NCBI GenBank assembly: GCA_040882355.1
Contig: JBBEBM010000068.1
Coordinates: 241-64,240, forward strand
Source: Dehalococcoidia bacterium
GTDB lineage: Bacteria; Chloroflexota; Dehalococcoidia; DSTF01; RBG-16-68-14
Direction: 5' to 3'
DNA: 64,000 nt
Every line of letters starts with the position of its first letter. The stretch's first letter is position 1. Of the stretch, positions 18,405 through 26,790 are shown one piece after another. The position numbers and the translations under genes were made by a program. The notes under the pieces are model-generated. The model saw only the letters and a program-made list of their open reading frames with translations, was not told the DNA's origin and searched no databases.

Positions 18405-19624
18405 TGGCGAAGGCGCTGCCCCTCAAGGGCGTTCGCGTCGCGAACTTCGGCTGGGTGTGGGCGGGCCCGGTCGTGGGGCAGACGCTCGGCTTTATGGGCG
18501 CGGAGGTCTACAAGATCGAGTCGCGGGCGCGCATCGACATCAACCGCACGCTGCCGCCGTTCGCCGAGGGCGTGCGCGACCCCGACCGCAGTTTGCAGAA
18601 CCACGCCGGCTGGGCGGGCAACGGCAGCATCACGCTCAACCTCAAGCAGCCCGAGGCGCGCGAGCTAGCCCTGCAATTCGTCGCGACGTGCGACGTCGTG
18701 ATCGAGAACTTCGGGCCGGGCGCGATCGCTCAGATGGGCCTCGGCTACGACGTGATGCGCGGCGCGAAGCCGGACATCGTCATGGTCTCGATGCCCGCGG
18801 CAGGGCTGGACGGGCCGCTGAAGGACGTGCGCACCTATGGCATGAGCCTGACTTCGCTGACGGGGCTCGACAGCGTCACCGGCTACGCGGGCGGCCCGCC
18901 CGTGCCGATGGAGAACGCCTTCGTCGACCCGTACAACGGCGTGCTCGCCGCCTTCGCCGTGCTCGTCGCGCTGGCGCACCGCGACCGCACGGGCGTGGGC
19001 CAGCACATCGACTACTCGCAGCAGGAGGCGGTGATGCAGCTCATGGGCCCCGCCTTCATGGACTACGTGCTGAACGGCCGCGTCGCGAGCACGATCGGCA
19101 ACAAGCACCCGCAGGGCGTCGGCGCGCCGCACGGCGTCTTCCCGTGCAAGGGCGAGGACCGCTGGATCAGCATCGCCGTAATGAACGACGACGAGTGGCG
19201 CGGGCTCGTCGAGGCGATGGGCTCGCCGGAGTGGGCGACGTCGCCTGAGCTGGCGAACGCCGCCGGCCGCCGGGAGCGCGTCGACGCGCTGCACGAGCAG
19301 CTCGCGTCGTGGACGACCGGCTTCGACGACTACGAGCTGGCGCAGCGACTGCAGGAGCACGGCGTCGCGGCGGCGCCCGTGCTCAACGTCGCCGACCTGC
19401 TGAACGACCCGCACTACCGCGCGCGCGCCACGTTCATCGAGGTGACGCACCCGCTGGGCTTCCGTGAGACGATCTACGGCGCGTACGTGAAGACGAGTCG
19501 TACGGAGGCGGACGTCCGTCCGGGCCCCGTCATCGGACAGGACAACGACCACGTCTTCCGGGGGCTGTTGGGCCTGCCGGAGGAGCGCTACCGCCGGCTG
19601 ATCGACGAGCAGGTAATCTACTGA
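18404..19624 (+). CDS. CaiB/BaiF CoA transferase (BbsF-like subunit)
   Basis: LKGVRVANFGWVWAGP, GAEVYKIES, IENF. TGATG coupling to the upstream paralogue. Confidence 0.9.
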   Translation: MAKALPLKGVRVANFGWVWAGPVVGQTLGFMGAEVYKIESRARIDINRTLPPFAEGVRDPDRSLQNHAGWAGNGSITLNLKQPEARELALQFVATCDVVIENFGPGAIAQMGLGYDVMRGAKPDIVMVSMPAAGLDGPLKDVRTYGMSLTSLTGLDSVTGYAGGPPVPMENAFVDPYNGVLAAFAVLVALAHRDRTGVGQHIDYSQQEAVMQLMGPAFMDYVLNGRVASTIGNKHPQGVGAPHGVFPCKGEDRWISIAVMNDDEWRGLVEAMGSPEWATSPELANAAGRRERVDALHEQLASWTTGFDDYELAQRLQEHGVAAAPVLNVADLLNDPHYRARATFIEVTHPLGFRETIYGAYVKTSRTEADVRPGPVIGQDNDHVFRGLLGLPEERYRRLIDEQVIY

Positions 19625-19733
19625 AGGCGGGAGATCAGCGCACGGCGGCTCGAAACGGCCTCGCACCGAGGATAACCCCGAACAAGCTTATCACTTGAAG
19701 AGCTTACGGCGGTGAAGTACCATGCTGTGAGCG

Positions 19734-20771
19734 ATGGCGTTTGAAGAGCCCGCATTCGAGCAGAAGCTAATTGATATCGCTGGTGAGGCGCTGGCTGGCT
19801 ACGCAGACAGCATCGATTACCTGCGCGAAATCGACTTAGACCCGTTAGATGTCATCAGCAATTGGCGTTCGGCGCACTCCTATCCGCTTAACACATTTCA
19901 GATGACGCTCAGGACACGTGCCAGGCAAGTGAACGCGCAAAGCCTTGTCTCGCAGCGACTTAAGCGCCTTTCGGCCATCGGGGACAAGCTTGACCGAATG
20001 CCTTCGCTCAAGCTGTCCGAAATGCAAGACCTGGGCGGTTGCCGGGCTGTGTTATTCACGGTCGACGAGGTCTATCAGCTGGATGAACTGTATACACACA
20101 GCGGGTGGAAGCACGTGCTCGACGATCGGGATGACTACATACGACGTCCGAAGTCATCCGGCTACCGAGGTATACATCTGATATACAAGCACTGTAGTTC
20201 GAAATCCGAGTGGGACGGCCTCAAGATCGAGATACAATTGCGCTCGGCTCTTCAGCACGTGTGGGCTACCGCCGTTGAGACCGCGGATGTGTTCCTCAGG
20301 CAGGGCCTCAAGGCGAGTCGAGGGTCTGCTGAGTGGAGACGGTTCTTTGCGTTGATGGGCACGGCTCTGGCGCGGAGAGAGAATTGCCGCCGCGTGCCTA
20401 AGACCCCGAGTGATGAAGGAGAGCTGGTGGCGGAGATACGCCAGCTTGTGGCTCATCATGCCATCTTGCCAAAGCTCGAGGCCTTCGGCCGGACCTTACA
20501 TGTGATTGAGGACGTCAGCGTGATGAAGAACGCCCGACACGTCATTCTAGAACTGGACATGAATGCACCTAACTTGAGACTCTACGGCTATGTTGCCAAG
20601 GAGTCGGAGGAGGCAGCTCGACGCTATATGGAACTGGAAAAGCGACGGGTCCCGGGCGTGGACGTTGTGCTCGTTTCAGTGGAGCACGCGGTGGACCTCC
20701 GGCGGGCATATCCGAATTACTATCTCGACACGACGAGCTTTGTACAGTTTGTCCGTGAGACAATTGGCTGA
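19734..20771 (+). CDS. capRel: CapRel-like fused toxSAS toxin-antitoxin (RelA/SpoT nucleotidyltransferase + C-terminal antitoxin), probable anti-phage gene
   Basis: NWRSAHSYPLNTF, QRLKR, MQDLGGCR, DYI..PKSSGYRGIH, IEIQLRS.LQH.WATAVE and C-terminal LRRAYPNYYLDT (YxxY switch). Lower GC than neighbours. Confidence 0.8.
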   Translation: MAFEEPAFEQKLIDIAGEALAGYADSIDYLREIDLDPLDVISNWRSAHSYPLNTFQMTLRTRARQVNAQSLVSQRLKRLSAIGDKLDRMPSLKLSEMQDLGGCRAVLFTVDEVYQLDELYTHSGWKHVLDDRDDYIRRPKSSGYRGIHLIYKHCSSKSEWDGLKIEIQLRSALQHVWATAVETADVFLRQGLKASRGSAEWRRFFALMGTALARRENCRRVPKTPSDEGELVAEIRQLVAHHAILPKLEAFGRTLHVIEDVSVMKNARHVILELDMNAPNLRLYGYVAKESEEAARRYMELEKRRVPGVDVVLVSVEHAVDLRRAYPNYYLDTTSFVQFVRETIG

Positions 20772-20808
20772 TCACAGGCTACAGCCGGGCACGCTGGCTG
20801 GTGCGCGT

Positions 20809-20895
20809 CTACCTGAACTCCGGCATGACCTCGGCGGCGAACCAGTCCATCCACTCCAGGAAGGGCTCGACGCCGGGGGCGGGCGGCGGGACGAC
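20809..20895 (-). pseudogene. Orphan 3' end of an LLM F420 oxidoreductase homologue
   Basis: 20814-20895 matches 21754-21835 at 72/82 nt. Reads VVPPPAPGVEPFLEWMDWFAAEVMPEFR with its own TAG. Confidence 0.88.
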
Positions 20896-20921
20896 AGCAG
20901 CCCTCGGCGAGCGCCCGGGCC

Positions 20922-21644
20922 TTACTTGCGGGCCAGAAAGACGGCACGGTCGTCGTGGTCTCGATATGTTTTCACCAGCGATACGCTCCGAAAGCCAACT
21001 TCTCGCAGCATCAGCTTCACGCAGCTAAGAGTCGGACCCCAGAAATTGGTCGGATCGTCGTTCAGCGAGCTTCCCGGATAGAACCGCAGGAATGGCTGGC
21101 GGCTCGATGTGATGTAGTGTGTTTCTACCACGGCACATTCTTTGGTAAGCCGGGCCAGGTGCTCAAGCGCCAGAAGGGGGTGCCGCTCATGATAGAGCAC
21201 GCCCAGGAAGAGCACGATATCGAACGATCCTTGGAGAGAAGCAAAGTCACGCTTCTCAAGCTTCAAGCGCGAATCCAGGAGGCGAGCGGCCACTCGAAAG
21301 CCCTCTCCGCCTTGCAGTTCTATCCCATACTTGTCTCTGACAAAGTCCCTGTGTTGGAAGTCATCAATCGGCGTCACCACCGCGCCGCGGCGTTCACACC
21401 AGAACGAGAAGAATCCATCCCAGCAGCCAACGTCTAGGACGGTTTTCCCCTCTAACGAACCTGGGATGGTGTTGGCCCGAACGACCTGGCCTCGCGTGCT
21501 GCTGTGGCCTGGTGTCGTTACTCCATCGCCCAGATCGATGGTGTGCCACCAGAACGGAACCCTGGCGACGGCTTTCAGCTTCCTCTGCCGAAGATCAGGA
21601 ATCGACGCCAACAGAGACACCTCCACAGCTACATTCCTCGCCAC
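20922..21644 (-). CDS. Class I SAM-dependent methyltransferase (CmoB/DUF1698-like)
   Basis: WWHTIDLG..TPG, VLDVGCWDGFFSF, FLGVLYH..HPL, DPTNFWGP. Lower GC. Confidence 0.85.
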   Translation of the reverse strand: MARNVAVEVSLLASIPDLRQRKLKAVARVPFWWHTIDLGDGVTTPGHSSTRGQVVRANTIPGSLEGKTVLDVGCWDGFFSFWCERRGAVVTPIDDFQHRDFVRDKYGIELQGGEGFRVAARLLDSRLKLEKRDFASLQGSFDIVLFLGVLYHERHPLLALEHLARLTKECAVVETHYITSSRQPFLRFYPGSSLNDDPTNFWGPTLSCVKLMLREVGFRSVSLVKTYRDHDDRAVFLARK

Positions 21645-21739
21645 CTACCTTCCGGATCGCGGCGTGACAAGTCTAGCGGAATTTCCGCGTATGGGAAGCA
21701 CCAGACTTAGTGCCACCTGTTGCTGTGTAGACAGGTGCC

Positions 21740-22672
21740 CTAGCTGCCGGCTTTGAACGCCGGCATCACTTCGGCGGCGAACCAGGCCATCCACTCAAGG
21801 AACGGCTCGACGCCGGGCGCGCGGGGCGGGGCGACGAGGGTACCGGTGGCGCCGGCGTCGCGCAGCAGGCCGATCTCGTCGACGATGGCGTCCTTGGTGC
21901 GCGGCGCCTTCGTGCGGCCCAGCTCCTTGTGGGTGTAGTCCTCGACGTTGAGGGGCGCGAGCGGCATGATCACTTCGAACGGGCGCACGCTTTCATCGAA
22001 GCCGGGCTGCTCCTTGATGTAGGCGACCTTGTCGGCGAGCTGGTCGCGCTTCACGAGCCACGGCAACCAGCCGTCGCCGAGGGCGGCGGCGCGCTTCATC
22101 GCCGCCGGTGAGTTGCCGCCGATGAGGATCGGCGGGTGGGGCTTCTGGACGGGCTTCGGCTCGAAGACGATCTTATCGAACTTCACATAACGTCCCTGGA
22201 ACGAAGGGTGGTCGCTCGTCCACAGCTCCTTCATTACGCGCAGGTACTCGTCGGTGATCCGGCCGCGCTCGTGGAAGGGCACGCGCAAGATCTCGAACTC
22301 GCGCTCGAGGTGGCCGGCGGCGGTGCCGAGCGTCATCCGCCCGCCCGAGAGGAAGTCGGCGGTGGCGATCTGCTTCGCGAGCAGCACCGGGTCGCGGTAG
22401 GGGAGGACGAGGACGTAGCTGAGGACGTGGACGCGCTTCGTCGCGCCCGCGAGCAGCGCCGCCGCCGAGAGCGCCTCCGGGAAGCGCGGGCCCATGATCT
22501 CCGCCATCTCGTCCGGCATGACGATGTGCTCCGGCACGGTGAGCCAGTCGAAGCCGAGCTCGTCGGCGTGCTGCGCGATGCGCACGATATCGGCGCCGGT
22601 GGCGTCCTTCTCCCATGCGCTCATCACCGGCGGGTAGAGGATGAGGGCGGGCATGCCCAGGCCGAACTTCAT
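21740..22672 (-). CDS. LLM-class F420-dependent oxidoreductase (TIGR03619-like)
   Basis: GFDWLTVPEHIV, LAKQIATADFLSGGR, PKPVQKPHPPILIGG. Confidence 0.92.
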   Translation of the reverse strand: MKFGLGMPALILYPPVMSAWEKDATGADIVRIAQHADELGFDWLTVPEHIVMPDEMAEIMGPRFPEALSAAALLAGATKRVHVLSYVLVLPYRDPVLLAKQIATADFLSGGRMTLGTAAGHLEREFEILRVPFHERGRITDEYLRVMKELWTSDHPSFQGRYVKFDKIVFEPKPVQKPHPPILIGGNSPAAMKRAAALGDGWLPWLVKRDQLADKVAYIKEQPGFDESVRPFEVIMPLAPLNVEDYTHKELGRTKAPRTKDAIVDEIGLLRDAGATGTLVAPPRAPGVEPFLEWMAWFAAEVMPAFKAGS

Positions 22673-22685
22673 CGGTGTGCTCCTT

Positions 22686-23480
22686 TCATCGTCCCTTAAA
22701 CTCGGGACGTCGCTTCTCGGCGAAGGCGCGCGGGCCCTCCTGCGCGTCCTCGGACGAGAAGACGCGCGCGGCGAGCGAGCGCTCCAGCACGAAGCCCGCC
22801 TCCTGGCCGAGCGCGCGCACGGCGATCTCCTTCGCTGTGCGGACTGCGAGCGGGCCGTTCTTGCAGATCGTTTCGGCCAGCTCGTGCGCCGTCGACATGA
22901 CCTCGCTGCCGGGCACGACGCGGTTCACCAGGCCGATGCTGTACGCTCGCTGCGCGTCGAGGGGGCGGCCGGTGAGCAGCAGCTCCATCGCGACCGCCCA
23001 GGGGACCTGTCGCGGCAGGCGGATGTGGGCGCCGCCCATCGGCACCAGACCCCAGCGCACCTCGCCGAGGCCGAACGTCGCGTGCTCGGCGGCGACGCGC
23101 AGGTCGGTGCCGACCACCATCTCCAGCCCGCCTGCGATGCAGAGCCCGTTCACCGCCGAGATGATCGGCTTGAATGTGTCGGAGAACTGGCGCTTCGTCG
23201 GGTCGTCGTAGCCGAGCATGTCGCCGGCAGTGACGCGCGGGATCGCCTCCTTCAGGTCGAAGCCGGTGCAGAACGCCGGAGCCTGTCCTGAGCCCGGCGA
23301 AGGGCCGGCGCCCGTGAGGATGATGACCCAGAGGTCGTCGTCGGCGTTGAACGCCTCGAAGGCGGCGTCGATGCCGGCGGACATCTCGCCGGTGACGGCG
23401 TTCATCGCCTCCGGGCGGTTGATGGTGATGGTGGCGACGTGGCCGCTCGTTTCATAGAGGATGGTCGGTGGCAGGTCCAT
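22686..23480 (-). CDS. Enoyl-CoA hydratase/isomerase with an in-frame repeat-derived insert
   Basis: INRPEAMNA, KPIISAVNGLCIAGGLE, FGLGEVRWG. AAGGAG RBS before ATG 23480. Confidence 0.9.
   Translation of the reverse strand: MDLPPTILYETSGHVATITINRPEAMNAVTGEMSAGIDAAFEAFNADDDLWVIILTGAGPSPGSGQAPAFCTGFDLKEAIPRVTAGDMLGYDDPTKRQFSDTFKPIISAVNGLCIAGGLEMVVGTDLRVAAEHATFGLGEVRWGLVPMGGAHIRLPRQVPWAVAMELLLTGRPLDAQRAYSIGLVNRVVPGSEVMSTAHELAETICKNGPLAVRTAKEIAVRALGQEAGFVLERSLAARVFSSEDAQEGPRAFAEKRRPEFKGR
23281..23304 (-). repeat. REP-like element CCCTTCGCCGGGCTCAGGACAGGC inside the coding sequence
   Basis: Encodes PSPGSGQA between LTGAG and AFC. Resembles the CCCTTCGACAGGCTCAGGACAGGC intergenic repeat family. 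Confidence 0.6.
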
Positions 23481-23544
23481 GGTGCGCTCCTTCTCCTTTC
23501 CTACCGCACTGTGAACGGTGTGGCGTGCTTCGGTCGACAACGTT

Positions 23545-23592
23545 GTTGCGGCGACCTGCGGTCGCCCAGGGCGACCAGATGGTCGCCCCTAC
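23545..23592. repeat. Inverted doublet of GTAG-type REP sequences (REPIN-like)
   Basis: GTTG-CGGCGACCTGCGGTCGCCC on + and GTAG-GGGCGACCATCTGGTCGCCC on -, each a GGCGACC/GGTCGCC palindrome. Confidence 0.7.
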
Positions 23593-24002
23593 GGGCTCCG
23601 GCGGAACATGGGCAGCGTGATCTCCGGCGTGACGTCCTCGAACGCGACGTCGACCGGCATGCCGATATCGAGCTCGTCCGGCGGGCAGTCGATGACCTGG
23701 CTGACGAGCCGCACGCCTTCCTCCATCTCGATGACGGCGGCGGCGTAGGGCGCGTCGTCCGCGAAGGCGGGGTGCATCGCGCGCGCCGCGACCGTCCACG
23801 TGAAGACGGTACCGCGTCCGCTCGACGGCGCCCACTCCCACCCGAACGACCCGCACCGCGCGCACATCGCGCGTGGGACGTGGCGCCAGGCGCTGCACGA
23901 CGAGCAGCGCTGGAAGCGCAGCTCGCGCTTCTTGCACCAGCCGTAGAACTCGCCGGCGAGGCCTTCGAGCAGCGGCAGCGGCTTCGCGTAGGGCGCGCTC
24001 AT
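23589..24002 (-). CDS. DUF35 Zn-ribbon/OB-fold protein
   Basis: LRFQRCSSC..CARC, SSGRGTVFTWT, IGMPVDVAFE. Confidence 0.92.
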   Translation of the reverse strand: MSAPYAKPLPLLEGLAGEFYGWCKKRELRFQRCSSCSAWRHVPRAMCARCGSFGWEWAPSSGRGTVFTWTVAARAMHPAFADDAPYAAAVIEMEEGVRLVSQVIDCPPDELDIGMPVDVAFEDVTPEITLPMFRRSP

Positions 24003-25168
24003 CGTCTCAGCACCGCGATGCTGCCGTCCCCGAAATCGCCCCAGCCGGTGACGACGCCGATCTTCGCGTCCGGCACCTGACGTGCGCCCGCCTCGCCACG
24101 GAGCTGGCGCACAGCCTCGACGATGTGGTTCATGCCGAGCACGTGCGCCTCGGAGAGTAAGCCGCCGTGTGTGTTCACCGGGAGCTCGCCGCTCAGCTCG
24201 ATGCGTCCGCCTTCGACGAACGCGCCGCCTTCGCCGCGCTTGCAGAAGCCCGCCTCCTCGATCTGCTGGAGCGCCTCGAAGGTGAAACAGTCGTAGACCT
24301 GAGCGAAGTCGACGTCTCTCGGGGTCACTCCAGCCATCGCGAACGCGAGCGGCGCGGCGCTAGTCAGGCCGGTGCGGAAGATGTCCGCGCGGTTCGTGAT
24401 CTCGTCCGCCGGGTAGGGGTGGCCCTCCGCGACACCCGAGATGAAGACGGGCCGCTGCTTCAGGTCGCGCGCCCGCTCGGCGCTCGTTACGACGACCGCC
24501 GCCGCGCCGTCGGTCTCGAGGCAGCAGTCGAAGAGCCGGTACGGCCCGGCGATCTCCGGCGACGCGAGGTACTCTTCGATCGTCATCGGGCGGTCGCGCA
24601 TGACGGCCCTCGGGTTGAGCTGGGCGTGCTTGCGCATGGTGAGCGCGATCGCGCCGAGCTGCTCGGGCGTCGTGCCGAACTCGTGCATATGGCGACGCGC
24701 CATCAGCGCGTACCACTGCGGCGGCGCGGTCAGCCCGTACGGCAGGTAGTAGTCGCGGGCGATGGCGCCGCCCGGCATCGACGAGACGTCGGTCGCGACC
24801 GTCTCGCTCGCGCGGCGCCCGGAGTAGGCGTTCCAGCCCGCCGGAATCAGCACGTGCGTCGCGACGCCGCCCGCGACGGCCATCGCCGCGCTCTGGAGCG
24901 AGGCGACCGGCGCGGCGCCGCCCATGTGCACGGTCGCCGCGAAGCGCAGGTCGTCGATGCCCAGGTTCGCGGCGAACTCTTCGGCGCTGCCGAGGCCGGG
25001 GAACGGCATGATGCCGTCGATCTGCTTCGGCGTGAGGCCGGCCTCCTCGATCGCGCGCAGCGACGCTTCGAGCTGAAGCGTGAGCGAGCTTGCGGTCGAG
25101 GTCTTGTCGCGGGTGTAGGCGGTCTCGCCCACACCGACGATGCAGGCCTGGTCCTTGAGCGAGGGCAT
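23999..25168 (-). CDS. SCP2-thiolase-like lipid-transfer protein
   Basis: IVGVGET, DCCLETDG, YDCFT, NTHGGLLSEAH. Confidence 0.9.
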   Translation of the reverse strand: MPSLKDQACIVGVGETAYTRDKTSTASSLTLQLEASLRAIEEAGLTPKQIDGIMPFPGLGSAEEFAANLGIDDLRFAATVHMGGAAPVASLQSAAMAVAGGVATHVLIPAGWNAYSGRRASETVATDVSSMPGGAIARDYYLPYGLTAPPQWYALMARRHMHEFGTTPEQLGAIALTMRKHAQLNPRAVMRDRPMTIEEYLASPEIAGPYRLFDCCLETDGAAAVVVTSAERARDLKQRPVFISGVAEGHPYPADEITNRADIFRTGLTSAAPLAFAMAGVTPRDVDFAQVYDCFTFEALQQIEEAGFCKRGEGGAFVEGGRIELSGELPVNTHGGLLSEAHVLGMNHIVEAVRQLRGEAGARQVPDAKIGVVTGWGDFGDGSIAVLRR

Positions 25169-25183
25169 TCGGGAGAGAGCGGG

Positions 25184-26173
25184 TCAGCTACCGGCGGCGC
25201 TCTCGGCCTGCCCGGGAGGCGACTGCACGCGCTTGGTGGGTTCGATGCCGGTGAGCTTCGCGAGGTTGAGGCCGAGGATCTTCGCGCGGATCTCGTCCGT
25301 GATCGCCGGGTAGCCCCACTGCTGCTGTAACTCGACGGGGATCTCGAGCGTGCGGATGTAGTCGACGCAGTCCTTCATCGTGACGCCGGGCCAGTCGAGG
25401 CCGAAGACGACCTTGTCGGGCCCGGCCCATTCGAGCGCCTCGCCCAGCATGTGGTAGCCGCGGTAGGGCGCCCGCGCGAACCAGCCGACGATGCCCGAGA
25501 TGCCGACGTAGAGGTTGCGGTGCTTGCCGGCGAGGCCGAACAGCTCCTCGTGGTAGGGCCAGCCCATGTGGTAGGCGATGATCCGCAGGTCCGGGAAGTC
25601 GAGGCAGACGTCGTCCAGCAGGATGGGCAGCGTGTACTTCGTCGGCTGCGGAACGACGTAGGACATGCCGGTGTGGATCGTGAGCGGCACGCCCAGGTCC
25701 TGCGCCTTCTCATAGAAGGGCCACATCTCGGGGTCGTTGAGCGGGCCGTCCTCGCAGGCGTAGACCTTGCAGAGCTTGGCGTCGCGCTCCTTCACCAGGT
25801 ACTCCAGCTCCCAGATCGCGTGCTTGACGCCGCGCTTCAGAATCGGCCCGACGTTGCACTCCAGGTACATGCGGTCGGGGTAGGGCTCGATCTCCTTCAT
25901 GATGAAGCCGTTGGTCGACATCGGCGCCGCGAAGCCGGTCACGTCCATCATCGACTCGCGCAGCCCGAACGCGACGTCTACGCCGGCCTCGTCCATCTGC
26001 TTGATCAGCTCCGACGCGCGGGGCGGCGCGGGGGTGTGCGGGCCACCCCATACTCGCGCGACGCCGCTCATCGCGCTGCGGAACCAGCGCCGCACGTCCG
26101 GGTAGTAGCCGACCTCCGAGAAGTCGCCCATGAGATGGCATTCGGACGCGGCGATGAAGTAGTCAGTGGTCAT
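25184..26173 (-). CDS. Amidohydrolase_2 family protein
   Basis: MDEAGVD, GVPLTIHTG, FPDLRIIAYHMGWP, FGLDWP, KILGLNLAKL. Confidence 0.88.
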   Translation of the reverse strand: MTTDYFIAASECHLMGDFSEVGYYPDVRRWFRSAMSGVARVWGGPHTPAPPRASELIKQMDEAGVDVAFGLRESMMDVTGFAAPMSTNGFIMKEIEPYPDRMYLECNVGPILKRGVKHAIWELEYLVKERDAKLCKVYACEDGPLNDPEMWPFYEKAQDLGVPLTIHTGMSYVVPQPTKYTLPILLDDVCLDFPDLRIIAYHMGWPYHEELFGLAGKHRNLYVGISGIVGWFARAPYRGYHMLGEALEWAGPDKVVFGLDWPGVTMKDCVDYIRTLEIPVELQQQWGYPAITDEIRAKILGLNLAKLTGIEPTKRVQSPPGQAESAAGS

Positions 26174-26248
26174 GCCGGGTATCGCCTCGAGCTAGTCGCT
26201 CGGCGGAGTTTACCTTAGCGTTTCGTCGCTTCGACCGTCAAGCCACTC

Positions 26249-26389
26249 GCAGGGTACTGAAAAAGCCCATGAACCAATGTCATTCGTTCCCACCCGCCCG
26301 CCCAGGGGAGTGTTGGTGAATCTGGGGGGACACCCCGAGACCCCCGGCAGGGGCGCTGCCCTCTGCACCCCCGTTTTTCAGCACCCTGC
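26249..26389. mobile_element. MITE (141 bp) with IS5/IS1182-style terminal inverted repeats
   Basis: Left end GCAGGGTACTGAAAAA (26249-26264) vs reverse complement of the right end GCAGGGTGCTGAAAAA (26374-26389), 15/16. CTAG at the right end, CTCG at the left. No ORF. Confidence 0.8.
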
Positions 26390-26790
26390 TAGGCGTCCAG
26401 CACGAAGACGGGCAGCGACTGCTCTCGCCAGTCCTCCCACTCGACGTGGACGGGAGTGCCGATGCTCACGGGAGCATCTTCCGCCGCCCGCAGTTGGGCG
26501 ATCACGCGCGGGCCCTCCTCCATCTCGACGAGCGCCACGGTGTAGGGCGCTGGAAACGCCGGGTGCGTCTGGTGCCTCACGATGGTGTAGCTGTAGATCG
26601 TGCCGCGCCCGCTCGACGTGATCCACTCGGACTCGAAGGTGCGGCACGCCGGACAGAGCGGGCCCACGGGGTAGCGGACCGACTGGCACTGCGTGCAGCG
26701 CTGGAACTTCAGCTCATGGTTGTTCTGCGCCTCCCAGAAGGGCGCCGTGTCGCGGTCCGGAATCGGGAAGGGCCGGGGTAGTTCGCCCAT
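26389..26790 (-). CDS. DUF35 Zn-ribbon/OB-fold protein
   Basis: PFWEA, FQRCTQC..CPAC, SSGRGTIYSYT. Confidence 0.92.
   Translation of the reverse strand: MGELPRPFPIPDRDTAPFWEAQNNHELKFQRCTQCQSVRYPVGPLCPACRTFESEWITSSGRGTIYSYTIVRHQTHPAFPAPYTVALVEMEEGPRVIAQLRAAEDAPVSIGTPVHVEWEDWREQSLPVFVLDA

Noticed and set aside
17333-19624. 763-aa fused CoA-transferase ORF from the track
   Set aside because: The N-terminal part is an off-frame shadow of the 17190-18404 gene; the real start is ATG 18404 (TGATG coupling).
19734-20771. Housekeeping RelA/SpoT or ordinary small alarmone synthetase
   Set aside because: No HD, TGS or ACT domains; the C-terminal YPNY region and lower GC fit CapRel better.
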